Below are positions 18,801 to 34,200 of a DNA stretch of 59,579 bases, in pieces. The stretch comes from an uncultured virus (IMG/VR IMGVR_UViG_3300022602_000041). Taxonomy: Duplodnaviria > Heunggongvirae > Uroviricota > Caudoviricetes. The DNA is taken from IMG/VR virus record IMGVR_UViG_3300022602_000041; one strand, 5' to 3'. Made by a program: the position numbers and the translations under genes. Position 1 is the first letter of the stretch, and each line of letters begins with the position of its first letter. A model generated the notes under the pieces. That model worked only from the letters and a program-made list of their open reading frames with translations, searched no databases and was not told where the DNA came from.

Positions 18801-19275
18801 AATGAGTGATGAAATTATATACCATCCTGTGAATTATTTGTTATTATTTGGAGCTCAAGCAGATCAAAATCTACAAGCTACATTTAATGTAGTAAAAAAC
18901 CCTAGTAGTACAGCTAGCACAAATGAAATTGTTGCCGGAGTATTACAAGCAATAAACACATTCTTCGAACTTCAAAATTGGAATTTCGGAGATACATTTT
19001 ATTTTGCAGAATTAGCAACATACGTAATAACAACCATGAGTCCTGATATTAGCAATTTTGTTATTGTTCCAGTACAACAAGATTTGTATTTTGGAAGTTT
19101 ATTTGAAATACAATGCCCAAGCGACCAAATATTAATCAGTTGTGCAACTGCTGAAAATATTAATGTAGTATCGGGTTTAACTTCGGATAATCTAAAAACT
19201 GTAACAGGACAAGGGTTAACCTCAACAATAACAAGTCAAAACATAACTAGCGCAACATACGGAGCAAGTACATAA
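15805..19275 (+). CDS. gp6: Baseplate wedge subunit, gp6-like
   Basis: DFDNLR..MIDY.....PEDFNDY.ESS, ARENFL..A.RRESVLRLA..ISY, FADGTFG..P, ES...I..NAP..Y.TQNRMIT..DY. Confidence 0.85.
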   Translation: MSSTDRQNNLLISENWQKIYQSFKNADFQSYDFDNLRRTMIDYIRTNFPEDFNDYIESSEYLALIDLIAFIGQSIAFRVDLNARENFLELAERRESVLRLARMISYNATRSVPASGLLKFNTVQTTDTVLDSNGINLAGQVITWNDSSNSNWYDQFIRILNAAFPSTQQFGTPIDQATIYGIPTSQYRFNASNTNIPTYSFSSSISGYSMNFEVTSTTFSGKDYIYEEPPKLGNHIACVYRDDGYGAGSPTTGFFFNFTQGTLNQSTFNITQPSSNQTININSQNINNNDVWLWQLDQSTNLENTLWIKVPSLTGNNVIYNSLNLNTQTIYNVITRAGDTIALGFADGTFGKLPLGNFRVYYRLSNGLAYSINPTDIINVSIDIPYVNSQGQNQVLTVTLNLATSVTNATASESNASIQQNAPQNYYTQNRMITGEDYNISPLTTTQSVAKVKAINRTSSGISRYFDLIDPTGKYSKTNLFGDDGIIYQEPYVLTTTFTYVTQTDIEAVIYNTIFEILENPNLRNFYYANYINNIAESLNVSWTAVTIDSNSSTGFIKNINDSVVVKLGSFTSTDLVYFASGSLVKFSAPTGQYFNTKKNNALATIPASGIPNGGTNYLWAQVVSVSGDGTSGGTGILSTGYGTVTLNQVIPTGAILTHSLPQLITIIQPSVITTMIDLIFSNTPFGLSYNDITQNWQIIFETNLNTINSFSLSNQGNISGSQQDSSWMLLFTTNNVNYTVTTRLLRYVFESDKEVTFYFDSTTPVYDTVSGTTILDNLKILSINTQPNSSYPFTLDLDWQIISDYVGLDGYTDPTKIVVAFASSTNNGIVDNPQLFLDIVNPDNLTTFIVLQKYLISAGQEDYQYVNNDDDLVIIVPTQSAIGALTQYTDGQYFYCIDTQTSLQYNASTSRLNPTLDVLVYVGRDKLKFQYTHNADYDSRIDPGASNIMDVYVLTNSYDTAFRQWVLAGAPSDGSEPLPPSSAELNSLLSSSLNPIKAMSDEIIYHPVNYLLLFGAQADQNLQATFNVVKNPSSTASTNEIVAGVLQAINTFFELQNWNFGDTFYFAELATYVITTMSPDISNFVIVPVQQDLYFGSLFEIQCPSDQILISCATAENINVVSGLTSDNLKTVTGQGLTSTITSQNITSATYGAST

Positions 19276-22200
19276 TGGCCAATGGAAAAAATCCAATTAG
19301 TAATAATGGTCTTGGAATAAATCTCCTTCCTACATATTATCAAACTGACACTAATAAAAAGTTTATTCAAGCAACCGTTGATCAGTTGTTTCAACAAGGC
19401 GGTGTTAACAAAACTAGCGGCTATATCGGAAGACAACACGCTAAATCTGCTACAGGCAAAGACATATATGTATCTTCAAGAAATTCTGTACGTCGACACT
19501 ATCAGTTAGAACCTGGAATTTCAATCGAAGATACTTTAGGAAATAATACATTTTTTAAAGATTATATCGATTATGTAAATCAAATTGGTACATTAGGTGG
19601 AAACACTGCTAACCATGCTCGATTAAACAAGCAAGAATTTTATTCTTGGGATCCCCATATTGATTGGGACAAGTTTGTTAACTTTCAAAACTATTATTGG
19701 TTACCATACGGTCCTGAAACTATTACAATTTATGGACAGAAAGCCGCAATCACTAGCACATATACTGTTACGGTTGAATCTGAATTAAGCAATAACGAAT
19801 ATTTGTTTACTCCTAATGGATTCACTAGAAATCCTGTATTAAAATTATATATTGGACAAACATATATTTTTGAAATTAACAGTCCTGGAAATCCTTTCAG
19901 TATTAAAACTGCACGTAGCGCAGGCAATGCAGATCGTTATGAAATTCCAGAGATTGATAACTATGCAGTTGAAAATGGTACTATTACATTTACAGTACCT
20001 TATGATGCTCCTAATTTGTTATATTATCAAAGTGAATCAGATTTACAATTAGGTGGAGTATTTGAAATACTTCCTATTACTGATGATACTTATATTGACG
20101 TTGAAAATGATTTATTAGGTAAAAAGTCGTATACACTTCCAGACGGTACTGCGTTAAGTAACGGAATGAAACTTGCATTTGGCGGAAATGTTACTCCTGC
20201 AAAATATGCTAGCGGAGAATTTTATGTAGAAGGTGTGGGTGTTGCAATTACACTAATTTCTACTAAAATATTACAAATTGTAAACACCTATACAGTTGAG
20301 AAAACTGTTCCTTTCGATAGCGATAAATTCGACTCTCAACCTTTTAGTGATGAAACTGGATTTGCAGGCGCGCTTGATTATATTACCATTAGCCGATCTA
20401 GTAATGATTATAATAATTGGTCTAGATATAATAGATGGTTTCATAAAGATGTAATTACAGCTAGTGCATCTTATAATGGAAATGTTGCAGATATTGATCA
20501 ATCAACAAGAGCGGTAAGACCAATTATCGAGTTTAATTCGAATTTAAAGTTGTTTAATTTTGGTACAAATGCAATTCAAGATATTAATTTAATAGATAGT
20601 TTTACTACAGATGCATTTTCTACCATCGAAGGCTCTGCCGGATATAATGTCGACGGTATTGCATTAACACAGAATCAATTAATTGTTTTTACAGCAGACA
20701 CTGATCCTTTAGTACAAAATAAAATATATCAAGTTGATTTTGTTGATGTAATACATTTAGATTCAGGAAAAAAGCAAATACATTTAATAGAAGTAGCATC
20801 ACCATCATTGAATGATGTGATATTAATAACTTCTGGAATTAACAATCAAGGAAAATCTTATTGGTTCGATGGTAATTCTTGGATATTAGGACAGCAAAAG
20901 ACCGGTGTAAACCAAGCACCATTATTTGATATAGTTGATGAAAATGGTATCAGTTACGGGGATAATAGTGTTTATACTGGTTCAACATTTGTTGGAACAA
21001 AGTTATTTTCATACGCAATCGGTACAGGTGCCGACGATAACATTTTAGGATTTCCGTTATCTTATTTGAATATTAATAATATCGGAGATATACTATTCAA
21101 TTTTAATTTAGCTACAGATACGTTTAATTATAAACAATCTACAGCAATTATAACAAAAAATATTAGTTCAGGCTATTTGTCTAGTTTAACTTATTCAGGT
21201 AATACTTTATATGTTAATGGTTGGCAAACTTGCACAAGTGCTACAGTACAAGCCGCAGTTAGAGTATATAATAATTCTGGAAAAACAAATAATTTTCCTG
21301 TTGATATTTTTGATAACATATCAGAGCTAAGTGATCTTGTAATTAAAGTTTACGTAAATGGTTATAGATTAGATCCAAATCTCTGGCAATTAGTTGCAGG
21401 ACCCATTTATTATAATGTTGTTTTAACTAATGCAATTCAGTCAACTGATATTTTAACAATTAGAGCTTTCACTTCTCAGCCAGTTAACAATAATGGCTAT
21501 TACGAAGTTCCAGTAAATCTTCAAAATAATCCTTTAAATGATGTTATGGGTTCATTCTCGTTAGGAGAAGTAACAGATCATTTAACCAGTATTGTTGATA
21601 ATATTCCTAAAGGGTTTGTTGGATCAATGCCAGGCGATAATAATTTAAGAGATCTGGGAAATATAACACAGTACGGTACTAAGTTTGTACAGCACAGTGG
21701 TCCATTAAGTCTTAGTTTATATCATATAACATCTGAATCAAATAATATTGTTCGAGCAATACAAGAAGCAAGAAACGATTATGGTAAATTCAAAAGAAAC
21801 TTTATAACAACAGCAAGTTCTCTTGGTGTCGATGGCGATCCAATTACTATAACAAATCTAGTATTACAAAAATTAAACGCAAATATACCGAATACTGCTC
21901 CTTATTATTTTAGTGATATGGTTCCCTATGGTGCGGCAATTGTTACGCCTTTAACTGTAGTAGATTACAGAATCAAGCAATACCCATTAACAAACGAATT
22001 TAATTTATCTACATTATCTAACAAAGCAGTTGGAATTTATCAGACAACGAGCGGAGTCACTACTCAACTTGTGTATGGAAGAGACTATACATTCAGTAGC
22101 ACATTTTTTATTATAACTGATAATGTAAAATTAACCAATGGTGATATATTAACAACATATGAGTATGATAGTACTGATGGTTGTTTTATTCCAGAAACTC

Positions 22201-25200
22201 CGACAAAAATGGGAATGTGGCCTGCATATATTCCCCAGATCTATATGGATACTACATTAGTTGCACCTCAATTAATGATTCAAGGTCATGATGGCAGCCA
22301 AGTATTAGCATATGGTGATTATAGAGATGATTTAATTTTAGAATTAGAAAAGAGAATTTTTAATAATATTAAAGTACAATATGATCCTGATATTTTTGAT
22401 ATCAATGATATTATTCCAAGTTATAATAGAACAACTGATTACAGTTTAGCAGAATTTAATGAAGTACTTGCTCCTAATTTTTATACATGGGCGCCATTGA
22501 CAGGAAAAGATTTTTCAACTCCGTTAAATTACGATATTAATAATACGTTTACTTACAATTATTCAACATCAGTCGCACCTAACGGCACCAGCGTTCCAGG
22601 CTATTGGAGAGGAATTTATCGTTATTTGTTAGATACGGACCGTCCTAACATATGTCCTTGGGAAATGTTAGGTTTCAGTATAATGCCAAGTTGGTGGATT
22701 TCATTGTATGGTCCAGCTCCATATACTGGAGATAATTTGCCTATGTGGCAAGATATTGCTAATGGTACTATAAGGGTGCCAGGACAACCTATAACCTATC
22801 TAAGTAAATATGCCAAACCTTTCTTAATGGAACATATTCCAGTTGATAGCGATGGTAATTTGTTAAGTCCGTTACAGTGCGGTTTAACTAAAGGTCCTAA
22901 TTCTCCTAGTTTTGACAATAATTTTGTATTTGGCGATGTTAGCCCAGTGGAATCTGCATGGCGCCGAGGTAGTTATTATCCATATAGTGTAATAATTGCA
23001 AGTATGTTATTGGCACCAGCAAAAACATTTGGATTGCTATTAGATAAAAGTCGTATTCAACGTAATTTAGCAGGACAGTTAATTTATACCGATACGGAAT
23101 TAAGAATAACGCCATCAGACATTATTGTTCCAAGCATATATTCTAGTAATAGTAGAATACAGACTTCCGGTCTTATTAATTTTATTGTAGATTATATTTT
23201 AAACTTTATTTTTAGTAATAATATTAAATCGTATGACGGTTATATCTATGATTTAAAAAATATGGATATAACTTTATCTTATAGATTAGGAGCATTTACT
23301 AGTAAAGAACAGTTTAATTTACTTTTAGATTCTCGTTCACCTACAAGTACTGGTAGTATATTTGTTCCTCAAGAAAATTATAATATAATTTTAAACAAAT
23401 CTAGTCCTGTGAAAAAAATAACTTATAGTGGAGTTATTGTTACAAGATTAAATTCAGGATATGAAGTTAAAGGATATAGTAAAACAGAACCTTATTTTTA
23501 TTATTTTCCTTATACCCAGACTGGACAAATTATAAACATTGGTGGAATTAGCGAAAGTTATAGCCAATGGACTCCTAATCAACAATATATTGCAGGTTCT
23601 ATAGTACAATATCAAGGATCATATTATAGATCTACTGCTACAACTACTGCTGGTACAACATTTGATACAACGTTATTTGCGGCATTAAATGGGTTACCAA
23701 TAACTGGAGGAGTTCAAGCAAATCTCAGAACATCTTGGGATACTTCTTCTCCTATTTTAGTTCCTTATTCTACACAATTTACTACCATACAGGCAGTTGT
23801 TGACTTTTTATTAGGCTACGGAAAATATTTAGAAACTCAAGGATTTATATTTGACGATTTTAATAATAATTTAGGATCTGTGGCAAACTGGACTACTAGT
23901 GTAAATGAATTTTTATTTTGGACAACTCAAAACTGGTCAGCCGGACAAAACAAATGGAGTGATTGGATTCCTAATCAACCTGTTACCTACGGAAGTATTG
24001 TAAGATACAACGGAGATTATTACAGCGCATTGTTTAATCTTGCGGCCAGTGATATATTTGATCCATTAAAATATTCTAAGTTAGACGGACTAAGTGAAAT
24101 TGGCAGTAGCGTTATTAGTTTGAGCCCAGGTGCTAATCGATTAATATTTGGTACAAATCTTACAGTAGTAGATGATATTTCTAATCCATTTTATGATTAT
24201 GAGATTGTAAAAGTTGATGGTACACCGATTCAACCAACATTTTTAAATTCTTATAGAAATGGAAATGTCGTAAGTTATACTACTACAAATCATGATGGTA
24301 TCTATGGTGCAAGTTTTTACTTGATACAAAATGAACATGTTGTTTTGTTGAACAACACAACAATTTTTAATGATATAATTTATAATCCTACTAGTGGATA
24401 TAGACAAGAAAGATTAAAAATATCTGCGTATGTTAGCGAAGGGTGGTATGGCGGTTTTGATATTCCTGGATTTATATACGACAGAGCTATAATACAAGCA
24501 TGGGAACCATTCCAAGATTATAATCTTGGAGATATTGTATTAAATCAAGGAAATTACTATAGTGCAAATTCCTTCCTTCCAGGTGTACCGTTGTTTGATT
24601 CTTATAATTGGACAAAATTAGATAGTAAACCTGTTCCTAAGATATTGCCCAATTGGACAAATAGTGCTACACAATTTTTAGATTTTTATAGTACAGATGT
24701 TGACGGATTTAATTCCGATCAACAAACTCAGGCTCATCATTTAATTGGATACCAGAAACGTCAATATCTAGATAATATTATACAAGATTCTGTTAGTGAA
24801 TTTAAATTCTATCAAGGAATGATTAGAGATAAAGGTACACAAAATGCATTAAATCATTTATTTGGTGTACTCACAGAAGATAATTCTGAAAGTTTAACAT
24901 TCTATGAAGAATGGGCAGTTCGTGTTGGACAATATGGCGCCGCAAGCGCATTTCGAGAAATTGAATTTATATTAGATGAACAACAGTTTATTTCTAATCC
25001 TCAAGGTTTTAGTTTATCGACAGTAGTTGATCCTTCCTTTAAGGGCACGTTTATTATTCAACAAACTCCTAATGATGTATATTTAAAACCAGTCGGATAT
25101 AATAGTAAGCCTTGGCCGTTATTAACAAACTATAATCCATTTTTGAGAGACGCAGGATATGTAAATTCTGCAGATATTTTTATTTCGCTAGGATCATTAT

Positions 25201-28200
25201 CGCAAATTACTAGCCAGGATATTACAACTTTTTATGAAGGTGCATACGTTTGGATAACATTTGATAGTGCTCCTGCTTTTTGGAATATATATCGCTATAC
25301 AGATTTACATTTACAAATTAATAGTGTTACATATTCAAGCGGATCATTAAAAATTACAGCAACTAATATAGTTAAAAATATTACTAAAGGATCTTATGTT
25401 GGACTTACACAAGTTTCTGCCTTGCAAGGATTCTTTTTAGTTACTGATATAGAATTAAATGTAATAACATTATCGGCAACTATTAATAATTTTCCACAGC
25501 CATTTACTCCAGCATTATGCGAAAAATTAGTAGTATTTGGAATGACTCCTCAACGTGTGTCTTCTATCGATGCCCTTGATTCTGTAATTACAAAAACTAC
25601 CCTTCCTAATGAATTAGTATGGGCAGATAGCACTTTACCAACCGACGATAGTTGGGCCGTATGGAAATATTCTTCAGTATATCAAATAAGTAATATACCT
25701 AACAATGCTCCACAATCAGAATTAAAATTCGGCTCGTCTATTGCAGTTAATAATCAAGGAACATTGGCAGCCGTAACTACTTCATTCGGGCAAGTAATTA
25801 TATACGATAAAATTGGAATTTCAGTAGCCTGGACACAACGTCAGGTACTAACTCCACCGTTTATTGCTACAAATTCGTTAGTAACAACTACATTAAACAC
25901 AACAGTAAACAGTAATATAGTTGCATGTGCCGCCGCACAATCGAGTTGGGTTGGCGGTATTATATCTGGCCCAGGAATTCCTTATAATACTATTATAACA
26001 ACGGTAACACCAGGTGTCAGCATGGTACTTGGCCAAGAAGCAACAACTACTCTTTCTGGTAACACTTATCTTATTGTACTACAAAACAATATTAATCCTC
26101 TTAACACTATTGCATCTACAGTAGCAATTAGTTATGACGGTGAATGGATGGCATCAGGAAGTCCTCTAGCTGGATCTGCTGTAACTTCTTATTTAGGTAC
26201 ATATAATTCTTCTAATGTTTATGGTCCAGGCACAATTGTTTCGGTCATTTCTGGAAGTATTACAAAATATTACGAAGCGTTATCTGTAGTTCCGACAAAT
26301 ACTACACCTACTTCTAATCCAAATTATTGGGGAAATCTATATTATCTTCCAGTTAATGATTACGGTACTTGGGATAATAATACAGATTATCCATTACATA
26401 CTCTTGTAGTGTTTAAAAATAATGTATATAAAGCAAACAAACAGATTTATAGATCAATTAATTTATTAATAACCAGCACTTTATCGACTTATGTTTCTTC
26501 TGGAACTACATATCAATACGCACTAACAACAACTGATACCAGTGAATTAGGGGCAGGATATGAAATTATCTTTTCTGGAGATGTATTTGGAGATCTACAA
26601 GTTACTGGTGCAAACGGTTCCGGCGCAATAGCAAAAATTAATTTTCCAACACAGTTAGTTCCTCCATTCTTAACAGGACAAACAATTACTGTATCAGAAG
26701 TAATTCCTACAGCTTATAATGGAACTTATACAGTAATTAGTTGTACGACTAGCTCTGTTAGTTTTGCAAGTAACGCTACAGGAGTTTTATTATATCCAGG
26801 AAAGATAACAACTTCAAATGTAGGATCAATAAGTGGATTGATAGCAGGAAATACTTATTATATTGCTAATATTATAGATTCAAATCATTTTCAAATAAGT
26901 GCTACCGCAGGAAGTTCATCGTATGTTCCGTTAGTTACTGCTTACGGAACAATGGTAGCCACCCAACAAGCTCAACTAACTCCAGATGTTGCAGTAGACC
27001 CGCTTACTGGAACTCCGTTGTGGACTTATGTTACAAATTATTTCTCAACGATAACTGGCCCATCAGGTCAAGGTGTAGTAAGTCTTTATAAGAAAGATTA
27101 CAACAATATATATTCTTTAGTAGATACTATTCTTAGCCCATTGCCGAGCGCAAACGAAAACTTTGGTTCAAGTTTAATATTTGGTGGCGATAATAATTTG
27201 TATATTTCTGCTCCAGGTTATAGTAATAATGCTGGAAGAGTTTATAATATTACCTATAGTACTGTTGTACAAGAAACTTATGCTTATAATCCTTCTGGTA
27301 GTGAAGAATCTACACTTGTATTGTCTAGCACTTCTGGAATACGTGCAGGAATGGTTGTAATAGGAAATGGGTTCACAAGTGGTCAAACTGTTGTAGAAGT
27401 TGTTAATTCAACTACATTGACATTAAGTGGTACACCAGATTCAACTCCATCGGGCGTATTAAGTTTTGCTATAGCCGGATGGGGATATAATTGGTCACAA
27501 ATCTTTACTGGAACTATTAATCAAGGATTTGGATATAGTATAGCGCTAAGTGCAGATCAAACTACATTAGCTATTAGTGCAACTAACGGGTTATCAAATG
27601 CAACAGTTAACATTTATACTAACACCGGAAATGGATTTGAAACTCCACAAATAATTACAACAGTTGATAGTAATATTCAACTAGCATTATCGGGTACTGG
27701 TACATATATTGCTATCGCTGATGATACTGCAAGTACCTCACAAATAAAAGGACAAGGTTCTGTTACAATTTATTCTTTAAATTCTGTAGGGCAATATGTA
27801 CAGTATCAAACTTTAGCATTACATCAGCCTGAAATTAATGGACATTTTGGCCGTAAGATTTCTTTCATGAATGATTACAACACACTTGTAGTGTATAGTG
27901 AATACGGTGATACAAATGTAACTACAACATTTGATAGTAATAAAACAACTTTTGACAAAAATTCAACAGTATTTTCAGTAACTCAAACAAATAGTGGACG
28001 CATTGATGTATACGATCGATATGCAACTCAGTGGGTATATAGTGAAAGTTTAACAAAAGTGAACCCAGTAGTATCGTCTGCTCTTCTTATTCCAGGTAAT
28101 ACGTATGATATCCTTACATTAGGAACTACAGATTTTACTACGATTGGCGCTTCAGCAAATAAAGTAGGTGTACAATTTGTTGCCACTGGCGGTGCTATTG

Positions 28201-31200
28201 GTACTGGAACTGCGGCACTTGTTACTAGCGAATCTGGCGTATTAGATGGTTATGGAACAGGTTTTGCAGTAGGAGCTAACCATATTTTAGTAGGAGCTCC
28301 TAATGGTGTAGATAGAGGATTACAATCTGGTCTTATATTTGATTATGAAAAATCTCCAGGATCATATTCTTGGACAAAGATGCGATCAAAATCGACTATT
28401 CCTGATGTAACTAAGATTAAAAAAGCATTTTTATACAATAGAATTGATGGCGAACTAATTCAATATATTGATTTTATTGATCCTGCCCAAGGAAAAATAC
28501 CAGGCCCAGCAGATGAGGAAATAACTTATAAAGCGTTCTATGATCCAGCGGTATATACTTATATTGCCCCGGACGCTACTATTACAGTTAATGTAAATGC
28601 TAATGCATCTTGGACTACTGCACAGTTAGGACAACTATGGTGGGATTTAAGAACAGCAAAATTCTTAAATGTTTATGTTGATGATGTAATATATCGTAAT
28701 TCAAATTGGAATACATTAGCTACAGGAGCTAGTATTGACATTTACGAATGGGTATCGTATAGTGGACTTCCTTCCGCGTGGGATTTATTAGCAGATACTC
28801 CTACAGGATTAGCTCAAGGTATAAGTGGAACTAGTATATACGGTAATAATGCGTATAGTGTTAGCCAAGTTTTTAATAGTGTAACAAATAAATTCACTAA
28901 AACATATTATTTCTGGGTTAAAAACAAAAAATATATTCCAAATGTTCCAGGAAGACATATGGATGCGTTAGATGTTTCTAATCTTATTGCAAATCCAAGA
29001 GGTCAAAATTATACATATCTTGCATTGACTAGTGAAAGCACATTTAGTTTAGTTAATGCAAAACAATTTTTACAAGATACGCAGTTAGTACTAAGTGTAA
29101 ATTATTGGTTAATCGATAATGTGGACCAAAATGTTCATAGACATTGGAAAATTATAAGTGATGATCCTACAACAATTATACCAAAAAATATTTTACAAAA
29201 ATGGATTGATAGTCTTTGCGGAGTCGATGAACAAGGCCGCGTAGTACCTGATCCTGCACTGCCTCTTAAACTGCGTTACGGTATTGAAAATCGCCCACGT
29301 CAAGGAATGTTTATAAACAGATTTGAAGCATTGAAAGAATTTGTAGATATTGCTAATCAAACTCTATTACAAAATCAAATAGTTGAAAATAGTAATTTAT
29401 CGTCCTTAGAAAGTTACGATCCTATTCCAAATGCAGTATTAGGCATGTACGATAGCACAATTTCTACGGATGCAGAATTACCTTATTCAAATATTGCAAA
29501 TTATTCAATACCTGTTATAACTCCAGTAATCGGCAGCGGTCGAATTATAGGAGCCACTATCTCTTCTTCAGGTAAAGGATACTTAGTTGCTCCTTATATA
29601 GAAGTTCATGGATCGGGCACCGGAGCAATATTACGAGCAATTATTAATTCTAAAGGTCAAATCACAGGAGTTGATGTTATATCATCTGGTATCGGATATG
29701 ATGTTGATACAACATTTACAGTTAGAAATTATAGTGTATTAGTAACTAGCGATAGTGGTGCAGATGGCAATTGGAGTATATATTCTTATGATCCTGTATA
29801 CAAGATATGGAGTAGAACACTAACCCAAAGTTATGATGTTAGAAAATTCTGGAATTATGCAGATTGGTATGGATCTTACACAGATCCGACTTCGAATAAA
29901 GTATTATTTATAGCCACGCAGTTTACCGCACCAGATTTTTCTGTTGCAACACTTTCAGATTTAAACAATATATCTGTTTCAATTGGTGAAACTGTTAAAA
30001 TAAGAACAACAGGATCCGGTGGATGGTCATTATTATACAAATATTCTAATACAGTATCGGTGGATTGGACACAATCTTATGCTACAGTAGGGTTGCAAAA
30101 TGGAACTATCCAATTAAGTAGTAATTTGTATAAAATGGCCGGAACAAATCTAGGCTATGATAATATCATATATGATGCAGATGGCTTTGATTTGTACGCC
30201 GCAGTTGAATTAAGAATTATACTTAATGCATTACAAAATAATATTTTTATAAACACTTTAACAGGTTCATATTTAGATTTATTCTTTGATAGTGTAAGAT
30301 ATGTTCATAAAGAACAACCTTATGTTGATTGGATCTTTAAAACTAGTTTTGTTAAAGCAGAACATAGCGTTGGTTCTTTAAATCAACCAGTGACATATCA
30401 GCCTGATAATCTCAGCAATTTCCAAGATTATGTTAACGAAGTTAAACCTTATAGAACTAAAGTTAGAGAATATGTAGACAACTACACTAATTTAGATGTA
30501 TCTCAACTACCGATTACAGATTTTGATTTGCAACCAATATATGAAAATGGTAGCATGACAGTATTGCATGCTTACGTTGTGAATGATAAAATAGTTACTT
30601 CAGATCCAAATATAAATGTTGCTCCTTGGAAAAATTGGTTCAAAGATGTAGGTTTTGAAATAACAGAAATTATATTAACTAGTAATGGGTTTAATTATGC
30701 AACTATTCCTACTGTTGTAATATCAGGAGGTGGCGGAACTGGAGCTACTGCTAAAGCATTTATTACTAATGGTTCAGTAAATAGAATTATTTTATTAACA
30801 CCAGGCAGCGGATATCTTTCAGCACCTACAGTTACAATACAAGGTGGATTAGCTGAAGGTGGTGTTGCCGCAACAGCAGTTGCAATTATTGGTGATAGCG
30901 TTGTTAGATCGACACTAGTAGGTATGAAGTTTGATAGAATCAATCAAACATATTATATTACCCAGTTACAAAAAACGGAAACATTTACCGGAACGTCAAA
31001 TCGTGTGCAGTTTCCACTAACATGGGCACCTGATGTACGTATAGGACAAAGTACTGTTACTATTAATAATACTTTAGCTTTGAGAGATAGTTATGTATTA
31101 AATATCACCAGTTCAAAACTAAATGGGTATACGCAATATGCTGGAAATATAACATTTATAAGCCCACCAGGAATAAATGCAGCCATTTCTGTTACATATA

Positions 31201-34200
31201 ACATCGATCAAACTCTTTTAAATGCGACAGATAGAATACAATACTATTATAATCCTACAGCAGGTATGTTAGGAAAAGATATTTCACAATTACTAACTGG
31301 TATCGATTATGGCGGAGTAATAGTCAGCGGAATGAATTTTGTCGAATCTAACGGTTGGGATAGTGTTCCTTATTATTCTTCAGGCTGGGATTCTTATGAT
31401 TCAAACTATACAGACTATTCTGTAGTAGTAGCGGCAAATACACATTCGTTTACATTGCCATATACTCCTTTGGCAGGCACTCAACTAACAATTTACAAAA
31501 ATCAAACGTACACAAATAGCTATACAGTGGAAAGTTTGTCGACAACAAAATTCCAATTTAATGTTTCTGATGTATCGCCAGTTGTTAGTGCATCTTGGAG
31601 TACAACAACTACAGGATCATCTAATGTTGTCGGTAGTTCAACATTACATCTTACTAGTACAGCTGGAATTAAAGAAGGAGATAGTGTTTCTCAAACTGGT
31701 ACCAGTTTATTTGTAGAAGGAACAACTGTATTAAGTATTGTAAATGCTACAACAATCACGCTAAATTATATTTTATATAATGCAATTACAGCTGGTAGTA
31801 GTGTAACATTTACTAGAACTTTAACTCAATTTGTAGATTATGTAATTCCTAATACAAGTGATATTAATTTAATTAGTTTTACTAATTCAAATATTATTGT
31901 AGGTACAAATATTACTATTACAGGAAAATTAAATCCTATAAGATTAGATGATCCTAATTATAATATCTATCAACAATTTATTTCTTTAATAATTTCATCA
32001 GTGACGTATGATTCTTTGTTTGGAAGCAATTATCAAAGTATCCAAACAGGTAATTCAATTTTAATATATTCTACTGTACGCAATTATCGTTCAGCTGAAA
32101 CTATTTTAGCAATTAATAATCTTGTTAGCAATATTACAGAGTTATCTTTAGTATCTTCAAACGCATCTGCTGTATCATTGATTAATAATTATGCAAATAT
32201 TATAACAACAATTGTTAGCGGTGGAGTTGTGCCAACGCCAATATATCCTTCGCCATACGGTACACCTGTAGTAATTACATATACTGCACCAGATGTTACT
32301 ATTGGAACATTAGGCTATTATGTATATTTGCCAGTAGCAAATGTTAACGCTACACAAGTGACAACAAACTGGACAGTAACTGGCCCAGGCATATCAGGAA
32401 TAGCTACAGTATTAAATGTAACCCTACATAATGGATATGTTGCGGCTCAAATTAATATAGAAGTCGTAGAATATTATGAAAATGGAACATATACATTCCA
32501 ATCTCCTAATGGAGGAATTACTAATGCCGCAATTTTATTGAATGACAATATACCTTTTATTCAAGCAGAAATGGTTGCGTATATTAAAGCAAATTATTCC
32601 GGATACAGTACTAGTATCAGCGCTTTCCAAACACAAATTCAATATACAGTTGAATCTTTAATTTATAATTTGTTATATGGTGGAAATAGTCAATCATTAT
32701 TAACAGCCGAAGTATACGGAAATACTTATTTGATAGATCTGGATACAGCGGATTTGAATACATTCGATACTAATATATACAACCATATTAATACATTAGT
32801 ACAAGATATTATTTCTAATATTACAGTTACGCCTTTACAGACACAATTTTTACAATATGAAAATAGTTCTTTAATAAATGGTTCGTTAGCAGGTACAGCA
32901 CTTTCTAACAATATCTCTACGGTAATAAATTATTTGACAGGCGGCTCAGTAACAACAATTAATCCAACAATTACATTGGGCTCAATGTCGTTACAGCCAA
33001 TTGCTGAAAATATATTATCTTCAGAAACTTTGTTAATTCCTGTTTATAATTCTAATTCTATTGTGAATACATTCTTAGCTGACGGTGTTAATACTACATT
33101 TACCATTCCAAACACATATACTGTAAATAAAGGCGATGAATTTGTTATAAGACAAATTACTAGCGATGGTTCTATCTTGCCTGCAGATTCTGATTATGAT
33201 ACTTCTTTAAGTGGTGGCAATACTAGTCAATTAAATGGAGTTTATGCTACCGCTACAGGGTTATTAGCAGATGATATTATTGTTGACGGTGATGATTTTG
33301 TAACACCGGATACAAGTGGAGCGCCAGAAGAAGTAGTACCAGGGCAAGTAGTTGATACTGTGGCTATTAAAGTGTTTGACACTCCTCATACTGGATCTGC
33401 AAATATTAAAGTTGACAACTACATTACTAATGGAGTTTCTGCATCGTATTCTTTGAGTCAAATTCTTAATAGTTCTGGTGCAGTCATTGTTAAACTTAAC
33501 GGTAATATTAAAACTTTAAACACAGATTATACTATAAATTATAATACGCAATCTGTAATTTTAAATTCAATACCTCCTGCTAATGAGCAACTTAGTTTGT
33601 TTAGTATAGGGTACAACGGAAAAAATATCTTAGGTATTGATTACTTTATAGGTGATGGATTAACAACTGAATTTGTAACAAACATAGAATGGACAACTCC
33701 TGTTACTAGTTTAGTTTATTTAAATGGAGAAGTTGTAAATCCTATACTGTTTAAAACTGATAGCACTTATTCTATCATAGATACTATTGGGTTGCGTTTT
33801 TCAATTGCTCCAGCAGATGGTCAGATTATTAATTATATTATTGTCAGCGGTACAGAAAAAACATTCTCTATTGCTACAGTAGAGACTGTATCAACTAATG
33901 GCGGGCTAACATATACATTGCAAAATCAAATTGGTAACAATTTACCAAACGAATCAAACATGCTAGTTAGAGTTGACCAATCAATATTGCAACCACCTAA
34001 CAATGTATATTTTACTATTGGAAGCAATCGTTTAAACTATATCATAGATCCTATTAAGTTTGTTCCATATTCTGTTGATATAAAAGATATTGTTGTAATA
34101 ATAGGAACAACACCATTAAAATTAGGAACTGATTATGTAGTAGATTTAGGCGGAATCTCGATAAAAATTACTAAAAAGATTTATTCAGCATATACAGGAC